A stretch of 64,000 nt of DNA from Bacteroidota bacterium (GTDB taxonomy: Bacteria > Bacteroidota > Bacteroidia > Bacteroidales > PUMT01), in NCBI GenBank assembly GCA_003551495.1, contig PUMT01000231.1:26685-90684 (forward strand), written 5' to 3'. The notes beneath the pieces were generated by a model that saw nothing but the letters and a program-made list of their open reading frames with translations, did not search any database and was not told the DNA's origin. Positions 35,294-44,778 of this stretch are shown here, one piece after another. The position numbers were made by a program, and so were the translations under genes. How positions within the stretch are numbered: the stretch's first letter is position 1; each line of letters starts with the position of its first letter.

Positions 35294-37109
35294 TTGTTAT
35301 AAAGTCAGCATTCAGGATATGATCTTCCAGCCACTTTCGGGTTACGTTACCGGTAAGATATTTTTCAATCATCAGGCTTGCGATGGGGGCAGCCCAGGTT
35401 GCCCCATAGCCTGCATTTTCGACGTAAACAGAAATTGCAATTTGCGGATCATCTTTTGGGGCGAAGGCGACGAAAACCGAATGATTTTCACCGTGAGGGT
35501 TTTGTACTGTCCCGGTTTTGCCACAAATTATAACCGATTGCATTTCTGCAAGCCTCCCTGTACCGCCTTCCGGACCGTTAACTACAGCTTCCATCCCGTC
35601 AATTACATATTCAAACCATGTTGAATCTATTGAAGTATAATTTTTTGTACTGAATTCTCCGGGGAGAGATGTGCCGTTCTTAATTTCTTTTACAATACGG
35701 GGCGTATAGTAATAACCCCTGTTTGCTATAGCCGCTGTCATATTAGCCATTTGAAGAGGTGTTACCGTTAATTCCGCCTGCCCCAGGCCAAGTGAAACAA
35801 CCTGTAGTGAGCGCCACCTGTTTTCCCCGTAAAACCTGTCGTAATAAGCCGACTCAGGTACATTCCCCCTCAATTCGTTGGGGAAATCGCTGTTAAGTTT
35901 ATCTCCAAGTCCGAATGATGTAATATGATCCCTCCAGACATTATAACCGTTCGTTACAGAGCCGTATTTGGGATGATCCAGAATTTTTCTGAAAAGGTCA
36001 CTGAAATAGGTATTGCAGGAGTACTGAATAGCTTCCGGAAGATTTACAGGGGATTTATGGAAACGGCACCGGATGGTGAGAGTCCCTACAGTATAACTTC
36101 CCGGGCAGTATAGTTGATCAGACGCAGAAACAATATTTTCCTCCAGTGCAACAAGTCCGTTTATTATCTTGAATATAGAACCGGGAGGATAATGTGCCAT
36201 CAATGCCCTGTTAAAAAGGGGGTTTAATGTGTCCACAGCAAGTTTCCTGTAGTTTGATGATCGCGGCCGGCCGACAAGCAGTGAAGGGTCGTATGAGGGA
36301 GATGATACAAGTGAAAGAATTTCTCCGGTCGCCGGCTCTATTGCAACAATGCTTCCGCGTTTGTTCTCCATTAGCATTTCCCCGTATTCCTGCAATGATG
36401 CGTCTATTGTAGTGACAATATCCGAGCCCACAAAAGCCGGAGTATCGTATCTGCCTTCCTGGTAAGACCCCATTATCTGCCCGTGCACATTTACAAGGAA
36501 GTTACGAAAACCTTTTTCTCCCTTCAATACATTTTCATAGGTTCTTTCTATACCGGTTACACCAATATAGTCGCCCATGGCGTAGCCTTCGTTGTTTCTG
36601 ATAAACGGCCTGTCAGCTTCTCCTACGTAACCAAGTACATGAGCTGCAATATTCTTGTGGTAGTTTCGGAGTGTCCTCGGCTGAACATAAAAACCCGGGT
36701 ATTTGTAAAGCTTTTCCTGTAAAACGGCGTAGGATTCGGCAGATAACTGTTTCAGGAATACGGAAGAACGGAATCGGGAAAACTCGCTTGCCCTTTTAAG
36801 ATTATTTTCAAGGTACTCCCTGCTTATATCAAGAATTTCACATAATTCTATTGTATCAAATTCAGATAGCTGAACAGGAGTGACCATAAGGTCATATGAG
36901 GGTTTATTTGAGACAAGCAGTTCCATGTTCCTGTCATATATCAACCCCCGTGAAGGGTATTCTGTAACACGCCTGACTACGTTACTGCTTGCGCTTAGTT
37001 TGTAAGACGGATCCATTATCTGAAGTGAAAACAGTTTCCCCAGGAATACCACTGATGTAATTATTATCAATGCACCTATAAGATATTTTCTTTCAGAATA
37101 AAGTTCCAT
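35283..37109 (-). CDS. mrdA: Penicillin-binding protein 2
   Basis: 608 aa with a transpeptidase domain carrying SxxK (PGSIFK), SCN and KTGT motifs. It lies in the mre cluster. Confidence 0.9.
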   Translation of the reverse strand: MELYSERKYLIGALIIITSVVFLGKLFSLQIMDPSYKLSASSNVVRRVTEYPSRGLIYDRNMELLVSNKPSYDLMVTPVQLSEFDTIELCEILDISREYLENNLKRASEFSRFRSSVFLKQLSAESYAVLQEKLYKYPGFYVQPRTLRNYHKNIAAHVLGYVGEADRPFIRNNEGYAMGDYIGVTGIERTYENVLKGEKGFRNFLVNVHGQIMGSYQEGRYDTPAFVGSDIVTTIDASLQEYGEMLMENKRGSIVAIEPATGEILSLVSSPSYDPSLLVGRPRSSNYRKLAVDTLNPLFNRALMAHYPPGSIFKIINGLVALEENIVSASDQLYCPGSYTVGTLTIRCRFHKSPVNLPEAIQYSCNTYFSDLFRKILDHPKYGSVTNGYNVWRDHITSFGLGDKLNSDFPNELRGNVPESAYYDRFYGENRWRSLQVVSLGLGQAELTVTPLQMANMTAAIANRGYYYTPRIVKEIKNGTSLPGEFSTKNYTSIDSTWFEYVIDGMEAVVNGPEGGTGRLAEMQSVIICGKTGTVQNPHGENHSVFVAFAPKDDPQIAISVYVENAGYGATWAAPIASLMIEKYLTGNVTRKWLEDHILNADFITNED

Positions 37110-37110
37110 T

Positions 37111-37617
37111 TTAACGCCTGTAAATAAAAAACTGACTTAAAATAACCAGAATTATTGAAAAAGCTGAACTTAAAAGAGCTCTCCACAATGTAAAAAAGAA
37201 ATTGTGAAAATGGAAAACCTCAAGGTAAAAAAGAGCAAGATGATGTATAACTATTAAAATTGATGCATATTTGGAGAACCATAAAAACCCGTAATAATGA
37301 GCTCTTGGGAATGTGCCCGGTTCATATCCGTCTCTCGGGGCAAAATGGTTCAGCACAAAAGGTCGCATGAAAGCCATTAATACTGTTGCAGAAGAATGCA
37401 ATCCGGGAGTACCGGAAAAGAGGTCAACAGAGAAACCGAGTGTGAAAGCGGCAACAAGCAAAAACCACTTAGGGGTTTCAAAAGGAAGGAGCAGGATAAA
37501 CAAAACATACATATAAGGGTTAACCTGACCCATAAACTGAATATTATTCAGAATGAAAACCTGAATGAATACAAGTACAATAAAACGAATTATATTTCCT
37601 GGCAGTACTTCAATCAT
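37111..37617 (-). CDS. mreD: Rod shape-determining protein MreD
   Basis: A small polytopic membrane protein after mreC. The start is taken at ATG 37617 (MIEVLPGNIIRF), which overlaps the mreC stop in ATGATTGA. The track ORF starts at 37641. Confidence 0.75.
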   Translation of the reverse strand: MIEVLPGNIIRFIVLVFIQVFILNNIQFMGQVNPYMYVLFILLLPFETPKWFLLVAAFTLGFSVDLFSGTPGLHSSATVLMAFMRPFVLNHFAPRDGYEPGTFPRAHYYGFLWFSKYASILIVIHHLALFYLEVFHFHNFFFTLWRALLSSAFSIILVILSQFFIYRR

Positions 37618-38437
37618 GCTGAATGGTGTTTTCCAGTTCAATTTGTTCTTCCCTGAAGTGGTTTTTTATGACATAAACATGGCTAAGATTGCGAAAGTCT
37701 GTTGACAGCTCAACTGTAGCATTGTAGAAATTGCCTCCGTAAATTTCGTAACCGGTTATTGTTCCGATTTTTATTCCTTCAGGGAAGATAGCAGAATATC
37801 CGCTTGTTATTACTTTATCCCCTGTATTCATTTTTGCATGGTGGGGTATATCAACAAGCGAAGCTCTTACCGGATTTTTGCCGTCCCAGAAAAGAGAGCC
37901 GAAATATCCACTGTCTTTAATTCTTGCGCTGATTCTCAGGTTTATGTTAATAACGGGGATCACAGTTGAATAATGGTTGGATACCCCCTTTACAATACCC
38001 ACTATGCCTTCGGATGAGACAATCCCCATTTCGGGCTCCACACCGTGAATGCCGCCCTTGTCTATGGTGATGTAATTGAGCTGTTTATTTACAGAATTGC
38101 TGACGATTTTTGCAGCTATATAGCTGTATTGTTTGCTGTAAACGGAATCGAATTCCGAAAAAGGCTCTGCAACAACTGACAGGTAGGAATTCATCAGTTG
38201 ATTCCTGAGCTGATAGTTTTCATTGAGCAACTTCTCATTTAACTCACGAAGCTTCAAATATTCCCTGAAAGAGAAGATACGGCCGTTTATGTAGCCTTTA
38301 ATGTTCCTGACCGTATTAACCGCCAGGCTCTTCTGATAGTAATTGTGCTGAAACATCAATGTAAGTGAGAGTGATTGGATCAGAACAAACAACAGTATAA
38401 AATGGTACTTCAGTATGAACCTGATTAAATTCTGCAT
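37610..38437 (-). CDS. mreC: Rod shape-determining protein MreC
   Basis: 275 aa with an N-terminal anchor, a coiled coil (ENYQLRNQL) and beta-barrel domains. It lies between mreB and mreD. Confidence 0.85.
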   Translation of the reverse strand: MQNLIRFILKYHFILLFVLIQSLSLTLMFQHNYYQKSLAVNTVRNIKGYINGRIFSFREYLKLRELNEKLLNENYQLRNQLMNSYLSVVAEPFSEFDSVYSKQYSYIAAKIVSNSVNKQLNYITIDKGGIHGVEPEMGIVSSEGIVGIVKGVSNHYSTVIPVININLRISARIKDSGYFGSLFWDGKNPVRASLVDIPHHAKMNTGDKVITSGYSAIFPEGIKIGTITGYEIYGGNFYNATVELSTDFRNLSHVYVIKNHFREEQIELENTIQHD

Positions 38438-38465
38438 TTTTTATTTGCCTGATATCATTTCACAT

Positions 38466-39488
38466 CTACCTCATCAAAAACGAAAAGTTTTCGGCATTTT
38501 TCAAAGCTATTGCAGTACCCCTGGCAACTGCATGCATCGGATCTTCAGCAATATGGAACGGGATATTTATTTTATCAGAGAGCCGCTTGTCAATGCCTCT
38601 CAAAAGTGCTCCCCCCCCTGCAATGTTAATTCCTTTGTTTACAATGTCTGCATAAAGTTCCGGCGGTGTTTGTTCAAGAACTGTCAGAATTGCAGATTCA
38701 ATTTTTGAAATTGACTTATCAAGGCAGTGAGCTATCTCCTGATATGAGATGGGCATTTCAACCGGCATTGCTGTCATCAGGTTCGGGCCGCGAACTATAT
38801 AGTCTTCAGGGGGGCTATCTATATCGGGAAGTGCAGAACCTACGCATATTTTTATATTTTCTGCAGTTCTTTCCCCTATCTTAATATTGTGTTGCTGCCT
38901 CATATAGGACTGAATGTCGGCAGTGAATCCGTCTCCAGCGATACGGATTGACTCATTGCATACAATACCCCCAAGGGCAATTACAGCAATTTCTGTGGTT
39001 CCTCCCCCAACATCAACTATCATACTGCCGTGCGGAGCTTCCACATCAATCCCGATACCAATTGCAGCTGCCATAGGCTCATGTATCAGGAACACATCCC
39101 TTCCTCCCGCATGTTCTGAGGAATCTCTTACTGCCCGCACTTCAACTTCCGTACTTCCTGAAGGGATGCAAACAACCATTCTCAAAGAAGGGGTAAATAA
39201 CCTGGGCTTGCTGTTTATCATTTTTATCATCCCGCGGATCATCAGTTCAGCCGCGTTAAAATCTGCAATAACACCGTCGCGAAGAGGGCGGATTGTTTTT
39301 ATGTTTTCATGTGTTTTACCATGCATTTGTCTTGCCTTGTCGCCAACTGCAATCAGTTTGCCTGTTTTCTGGTCAATTGCAACGATAGACGGTTCGTCAA
39401 CAACTATTTTATCATTATTGATTATTATCGTATTGGCCGTTCCCAGATCAATAGCCAGTTCCTGCGTAAAGAAAGAAGACAATCCCAT
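38466..39488 (-). CDS. mreB: Rod shape-determining protein MreB
   Basis: 340 aa with actin-like ATPase motifs (IDLGTANT, VDVGGGTTEIAV, GGGALLRGID). Confidence 0.95.
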   Translation of the reverse strand: MGLSSFFTQELAIDLGTANTIIINNDKIVVDEPSIVAIDQKTGKLIAVGDKARQMHGKTHENIKTIRPLRDGVIADFNAAELMIRGMIKMINSKPRLFTPSLRMVVCIPSGSTEVEVRAVRDSSEHAGGRDVFLIHEPMAAAIGIGIDVEAPHGSMIVDVGGGTTEIAVIALGGIVCNESIRIAGDGFTADIQSYMRQQHNIKIGERTAENIKICVGSALPDIDSPPEDYIVRGPNLMTAMPVEMPISYQEIAHCLDKSISKIESAILTVLEQTPPELYADIVNKGINIAGGGALLRGIDKRLSDKINIPFHIAEDPMHAVARGTAIALKNAENFSFLMR

Positions 39489-39524
39489 CTTAAGTTTTTT
39501 TATTTTGGTTCATAAACAGTTTAA

Positions 39525-41048
39525 TTAATGTTTAAAATGCCTTACTCCTGTAAATACCATTTTCATATTGTTTTTGTTACAGAAGTTAATTGAATCGTTG
39601 TCCCTTACAGAACCTCCTGGCTGAATTACTGCAGTTATTCCGGCGTTACCGGCAATTTCAACCGAATCTGCAAAAGGGAAAAATGCATCTGACGCCATAA
39701 CTGCCCCGTTAAGGTCAAATCCAAGTGAATTAGCTTTGGCAATAGCCTGCTTTAATGCATCTACCCTGGAAGTTTGTCCTGCACCCACTCCGACAAGTTG
39801 TTCATTTTTCGCCAGCACAATGGCATTTGATTTTGAATGCTTGACAATAATGTTTGCAAACAACAAGTCTGTCAGTTCCCTCCCTGTTGGGGGAAGGGTG
39901 GTTACAACTGTCAAATCTTCAGCTGTTTCAGTTTTAAGGTCCCTTTCCTGCATCAAGATTCCGTTCAGAACAGATCTTGCATGACGGGGAGGTAAATGTA
40001 GCTCTTTTTTTAATAAAATAATACGGTTCTTTTTCTCTTTTAAAATATTCAGGGCAGCAGGATCATATGAAGGGGCAATAATAATTTCAAAAAAAAGCTT
40101 GTTGATTTCTTTTGCAGTTTCCTGATCAACCCTGGAATTTGTTGCAATAATTCCGCCGAAAGCAGAAACCGGATCACCTCCAAGAGCGTCACTCCAGGCT
40201 GCTGTCAGATCACCCCGCGATGCGACCCCGCATGCATTGTTGTGTTTTATTACAGCAAATGTATTCTTTTTGAACTCTTCAATAAGCGATACAGCAGCAT
40301 CAATGTCAAGAAGGTTGTTGTAGGATATTTCCTTACCGTGCAACTGTTCGAATGCGCTATCCTGGTCGCTGAAAAACCATGCTTTTTGATGAGGGTTTTC
40401 GCCGTATCTTAATTGCCTGCCATCTGTAAAGCTCTCTTTATAAACTGGAAGCTGAAAAGAGGAATTAAAATAGTTGAAAATTGCTGTATCGTAATGAGAG
40501 CTTATACTGAATGCTTCAGCAGCAAATTTTTTGCGTTCATCAATTGCAGTTTCACCTTTTTTCAGGGTTAATATATCTTTAAGTTCCGGGTATTGTCCGG
40601 AATGTGATATGATTACAGTATCTTCAAAATTTTTGGCGGCAGCCCTGATAAGAGAGATCCCCCCAATATCAATTTTTTCAATAATATCATCATCTTTTCC
40701 CCCCGATCTGACAGTCTGTTCGAAAGGATACAGGTCGACTACAACCAGGTCAATTTTGGGAATGGCATACTTTTTCAGCTCTTTTTCATCAGAATCATTG
40801 TTCAGCCGTGAAAGGATACCACCAAATATTTTTGGATGAAGGGTTTTAACACGTCCTCCAAGTATTGAGGGATAACCTGTAATTGATTCCGCTCTTATAA
40901 CATTGATTCCGCTCTTTTCAATATGATCTGCTGTACCACCCGTAGATACAATTTTTATTGAGCATTTTTCAAGTTCTTTAGCAAGCTCAGTAATTCCGTT
41001 TTTGTTGTATACCGAAATAAAGGCTGTGGTTATTTTTAATCCATTCAT
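39525..41048 (-). CDS. purH: Bifunctional AICAR transformylase / IMP cyclohydrolase
   Basis: 507 aa with an MGS-like N-terminus (ALISVYNK-type: AFISVYNKNGI, STGGTA, GRVKTLHP) and the C-terminal AICARFT domain (QPGGSVRD). Confidence 0.95.
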   Translation of the reverse strand: MNGLKITTAFISVYNKNGITELAKELEKCSIKIVSTGGTADHIEKSGINVIRAESITGYPSILGGRVKTLHPKIFGGILSRLNNDSDEKELKKYAIPKIDLVVVDLYPFEQTVRSGGKDDDIIEKIDIGGISLIRAAAKNFEDTVIISHSGQYPELKDILTLKKGETAIDERKKFAAEAFSISSHYDTAIFNYFNSSFQLPVYKESFTDGRQLRYGENPHQKAWFFSDQDSAFEQLHGKEISYNNLLDIDAAVSLIEEFKKNTFAVIKHNNACGVASRGDLTAAWSDALGGDPVSAFGGIIATNSRVDQETAKEINKLFFEIIIAPSYDPAALNILKEKKNRIILLKKELHLPPRHARSVLNGILMQERDLKTETAEDLTVVTTLPPTGRELTDLLFANIIVKHSKSNAIVLAKNEQLVGVGAGQTSRVDALKQAIAKANSLGFDLNGAVMASDAFFPFADSVEIAGNAGITAVIQPGGSVRDNDSINFCNKNNMKMVFTGVRHFKH

Positions 41049-41254
41049 ATTCAGATGATTATTAGATTATGCAAAGTTATTAAAAAGTTGCCTAAAAATT
41101 TCGCATATCCCCGTAAAATAGCAGGCTAAACAATAATTTTTATTTTTTTTTGTTAATTGGAAAAGTAAGTAATGTTGCAGGTTTTTTTTTACACGACAAT
41201 AATTTTTCAAAAAAATAACCATATTTGCTTCATAAATAGTTCGATTGTGAAATA

Positions 41255-42511
41255 ATGCTGATATTCATTAAACTTTTCAGGGAAAGTATACTGTTTGCCT
41301 ATGGTTCAGTTATGGCAAACAAGTTGCGCACTTTTCTGTCTCTTCTGGGCATAACAATAGGAATTTTTGCCATTATATCAGTCTTTACAATAGTTGACTC
41401 CCTTGAGCGCAATATTCGCGAAAGCCTGGCTTCTCTCGGTGACGATGTGATTTATATACAAAAATTTCCATGGGACTTCGATCCTGACTATGCATGGTGG
41501 ACCTACATGCGAAGACCTGTTCCCGATCTCAGGGATTACCAGGGCATTATCCGGCGATCACAGGTTTCATCAGCTGTTGTTTTCTCTGTATCAACTTCAG
41601 CCAGTGTTACATCAAACGGTAATTCATTGGACAGAGTTGGCATTTGGGCTAATTCTCATGATTTCGATCAGGTAAGGTATCTGGAACTTGCCTCCGGGAG
41701 GTATTTTACTCAATTCGAGTCCGAAACAGGCAGAAATGTTGCAATAATAGGTCATGAAATAGCTCAGCAGCTTTATCCCGGCAATGATCCGGTAGGTTCG
41801 ACCTTCCGTCTGAGGGGCAGGCCTGTTACTGTTATTGGTGTTGCTGAACCCGAAGGCACTGATTTTTTCGGTGGCGACAGCCTGGACGAATTAATTTTAC
41901 TGCCTTTGAATTTTGCGCGAAATATTTACAATATAAGAAGCAACAGGCTTAACCCCATGATTATGGTTAAGTCAAAAGCCGGTGTAACCAATCAGGAACT
42001 TATAGATGAGCTGCGTACAATAATCAGGTCTGTCAGGCGGCTTAAACCTGCAGATGCGGATGATTTCGCACTAAATCAGGCAACGCTCATAACACAGAAT
42101 GTGATAGAACCGATTTTCAGGATGATAAATATTGGTGGATGGATAATTGGAGGGTTTTCAATTCTTGTCGGGGGGTTTGGCATAGCAAATATCATGTTTG
42201 TTTCGGTAAAGGAGAGAACCAAAATTATCGGCATTCAAAAGGCCCTGGGAGCAAAAAACTATTTCATTTTGCTTCAGTTCCTTTACGAATCGGTTTTGCT
42301 GGCTGTTGCCGGTGGGTTGCTTGGACTGGTTCTGGTTTTCGCAGGAACACAGATTGTAAGCTATTTATCTGAATTTTCGATTACACTTACACCCGGGAAT
42401 ATTGTTCTGGGACTGACAGTCTCTGCCGTGATCGGTGTGGTATCAGGATATGCCCCTGCATATTCAGCTTCCCGATTGAATCCTGTTGAAGCAATAGCCA
42501 CAACATTTTAA
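41255..42511 (+). CDS. ABC transporter permease (MacB/FtsX family)
   Basis: 418 aa with an N-terminal TM helix, a large periplasmic domain and a C-terminal FtsX 3-TM bundle (GGFGIANIMFVSVKERTKIIGIQKALGA). Confidence 0.85.
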   Translation: MLIFIKLFRESILFAYGSVMANKLRTFLSLLGITIGIFAIISVFTIVDSLERNIRESLASLGDDVIYIQKFPWDFDPDYAWWTYMRRPVPDLRDYQGIIRRSQVSSAVVFSVSTSASVTSNGNSLDRVGIWANSHDFDQVRYLELASGRYFTQFESETGRNVAIIGHEIAQQLYPGNDPVGSTFRLRGRPVTVIGVAEPEGTDFFGGDSLDELILLPLNFARNIYNIRSNRLNPMIMVKSKAGVTNQELIDELRTIIRSVRRLKPADADDFALNQATLITQNVIEPIFRMINIGGWIIGGFSILVGGFGIANIMFVSVKERTKIIGIQKALGAKNYFILLQFLYESVLLAVAGGLLGLVLVFAGTQIVSYLSEFSITLTPGNIVLGLTVSAVIGVVSGYAPAYSASRLNPVEAIATTF

Positions 42512-42540
42512 AAGGTACTTTTTGCAATCAAAAATACGTG

Positions 42541-43311
42541 TTAACTCCTGCCGCCTTCAACCATATTTGTTAGCATAACAAAATCATTAACACCTAGTTG
42601 CTCCGGTCGTTTATCCAGTATGTCGCTGCTAATTGAAGTCTGTGGCAGGAATCTTTTGAGTGAGTTGCGAAGGGTTTTCCTTCTCCGGTTAAAAGCGGCT
42701 TTAACGATAATGAAAAACAGTTTTTCGTCACATTCAAGTTTTTCAGTATTATTTCTGGATAATTTTATTACAGCAGATTTAACTGCCGGTGGGGGGTAAA
42801 ATGATTTTTCAGTTACGGTGAAAAGGTATTCAATATTGTAAAATGCCTGAAGCAATACACTTGTAATACCATAGATCTTGTTGCCCGGAGATTCGGCTAT
42901 ACGAACCGCAACCTCCTTTTGCAACATACAAACCACTTCTCTTATCAGATTTCTGTTTTCAAGAATCCTGAATAAAATCTGGCTGGAAATATTGTAAGGG
43001 AAATTACCTGCTACTGCAACTGGTTCATTAAATTTTTCAGACAAAGGAAAACGAAGAAAATCTTCATGAAATATTTTCCCTTTCAGTGAAGGTAAATGTT
43101 TTTTTAAATAGCTTACGGCCTCCCGGTCAATTTCTACTGCATAAACATCCAATCCCTTATTTAGCATTATCGAAGTAAGAATACCGGTACCCGGACCAAC
43201 TTCAATTATTTTGGAATAACCTTCAAGACTCAGGCTGTCAACTATTTTCCCGGCAATATTTTTATCCGTTAAAAAATGTTGACCAAGTCCTTTTTTGGGG
43301 GTCACAAACAT
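42541..43311 (-). CDS. rsmA: 16S rRNA (adenine1518/1519-N6)-dimethyltransferase
   Basis: 256 aa with GQHFL and the SAM-binding motif (EVGPGTGILT), plus NFPYNISS. Confidence 0.9.
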   Translation of the reverse strand: MFVTPKKGLGQHFLTDKNIAGKIVDSLSLEGYSKIIEVGPGTGILTSIMLNKGLDVYAVEIDREAVSYLKKHLPSLKGKIFHEDFLRFPLSEKFNEPVAVAGNFPYNISSQILFRILENRNLIREVVCMLQKEVAVRIAESPGNKIYGITSVLLQAFYNIEYLFTVTEKSFYPPPAVKSAVIKLSRNNTEKLECDEKLFFIIVKAAFNRRRKTLRNSLKRFLPQTSISSDILDKRPEQLGVNDFVMLTNMVEGGRS

Positions 43312-43385
43312 TGATTGATATGGTAAATATGTGAATACTCTTGTGAATATTGTTCAGGAAAGGACAGGGGAGTTCTCACCATATT

Positions 43386-44609
43386 TCAGGCAACCTTGAG
43401 CTTTTTAAAATTAACCTTCTCAATTTTTTTCTTTGCATACTTAATATCAATGCTTAGTTCTTTTGCCTTTCCTGAAGGCAATTCAAACATCGGGTCTATC
43501 ATAATAGCTTCACAAATAGATCGCAACCCCCTGGCACCCAGCTTAAACTCAATGGCTTTGTCAACTATATATTCAAGAACCTCCTCATCAAAATGCAATT
43601 TTATTCCGTCCATCTTCAGTAATTTAATATACTGTTTAATGATCGAATTTTTAGGCTCGGTCAGGATAGCCCTGAGGGCATTACTGTCAAGAGGATCCAG
43701 ATGTGTGAGTACCGGCAGCCTGCCGATAATTTCAGGAATAAGACCGTATGCTTTCAAATCCTGTGGAGCAATATATTGAAGAAGATTGTCCCTGTCAATA
43801 TTTTCTGATATAGTTGATGCAGTGTAACCTACTACCTTTGTGTTAAGACGCTGCGCAATTTTTTTCTCAATACCGTCAAAGGCACCTCCGCAGATGAAAA
43901 GGATGTTTTTTGTATTTACAGCTATCATTTTCTGGTCGGGGTGTTTTCTTCCTCCCTGTGGAGGCACATTAACAACGGATCCTTCCAGCAACTTGAGCAG
44001 TCCCTGCTGAACTCCTTCACCGCTAACATCTCTGGTTATTGAAGGGTTATCACTTTTGCGAGCTATTTTATCAATTTCGTCAATAAAAACAATACCCCTT
44101 TCAGCTGCTTCAAGATTGTAATCAGAAGCCTGCAATAACCGTGTAAGCACACTTTCAATATCCTCTCCCACATAACCTGCTTCGGTTAAAACAGTTGCAT
44201 CAACAATTGTGAAAGGTACCTGAAGCATTAGTGCAATGGTACGTGCAAGCAAAGTTTTCCCTGTACCGGTTTCCCCAACAAGTATAATGTTTGATTTTTC
44301 AATTTCAACATCGTCTTTTTTGCTTTTTTGGGGTTTTTGTGTAAGCCTTTTATAATGGTTGTATACTGCAACTGACAAAAATTTCTTGGCCTCTTCCTGT
44401 CCAATTACGTACTGATCAAGAAATGCTTTTATTTCCGCAGGCTTAAGGAGTTTTATATGCTGCAGGTCAAATTCACTTTTTGACTTGATTTCCTCAAGCA
44501 CTATGTTATAAGCCTGTTCGGCACAACTATCGCATATTTGCCCCGAAATACCTGCAATCAGAAGCTTTGACTCCTTTTTGCTTTTGCCGCAGAATGAACA
44601 CTTTTCCAT
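43386..44609 (-). CDS. clpX: ATP-dependent Clp protease ATP-binding subunit ClpX
   Basis: 407 aa with an N-terminal C4 zinc finger (CSFCGK...CDSC), Walker A (GETGTGKT) and Walker B (IVFIDEIDK). Confidence 0.95.
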   Translation of the reverse strand: MEKCSFCGKSKKESKLLIAGISGQICDSCAEQAYNIVLEEIKSKSEFDLQHIKLLKPAEIKAFLDQYVIGQEEAKKFLSVAVYNHYKRLTQKPQKSKKDDVEIEKSNIILVGETGTGKTLLARTIALMLQVPFTIVDATVLTEAGYVGEDIESVLTRLLQASDYNLEAAERGIVFIDEIDKIARKSDNPSITRDVSGEGVQQGLLKLLEGSVVNVPPQGGRKHPDQKMIAVNTKNILFICGGAFDGIEKKIAQRLNTKVVGYTASTISENIDRDNLLQYIAPQDLKAYGLIPEIIGRLPVLTHLDPLDSNALRAILTEPKNSIIKQYIKLLKMDGIKLHFDEEVLEYIVDKAIEFKLGARGLRSICEAIMIDPMFELPSGKAKELSIDIKYAKKKIEKVNFKKLKVA

Positions 44610-44778
44610 TAATTACAATTTTTCAGCATTACAGCCATCATGATAAAACGGTAAACCTGAAGGGTATAGTCTCTTTATTTTACAATAGTTGAAAAATAAT
44701 CAATTTTTTCAAACGGAATGCAAATATCGAAAATATTAACCAAAAACAGAAACAGTTATCAACAATTATTCCCGTGTA

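Noticed and set aside
38914-39528. A 204-aa + strand ORF, plus other long antisense ORFs such as 20764-21513, 59387-59923, 1438-1839, 34292-34982 and 26515-26928.
   Set aside because: Each lies entirely antisense to a confidently identified gene (mreB, SulP, M16, M23, rodA, asmA). Their products are low-complexity Ser/Ile/Pro-rich sequences with no recognisable motifs. They are shadow ORFs.
41049-41254. The region upstream of purH, checked for a ZTP (pfl) riboswitch, and the leaders of other biosynthetic and transport genes, checked for riboswitches.
   Set aside because: No GGGTCGTGAC or CCGCCTGGGC-type conserved segments occur on the - strand. The region is AT-rich with T-runs, consistent with a plain divergent promoter region.
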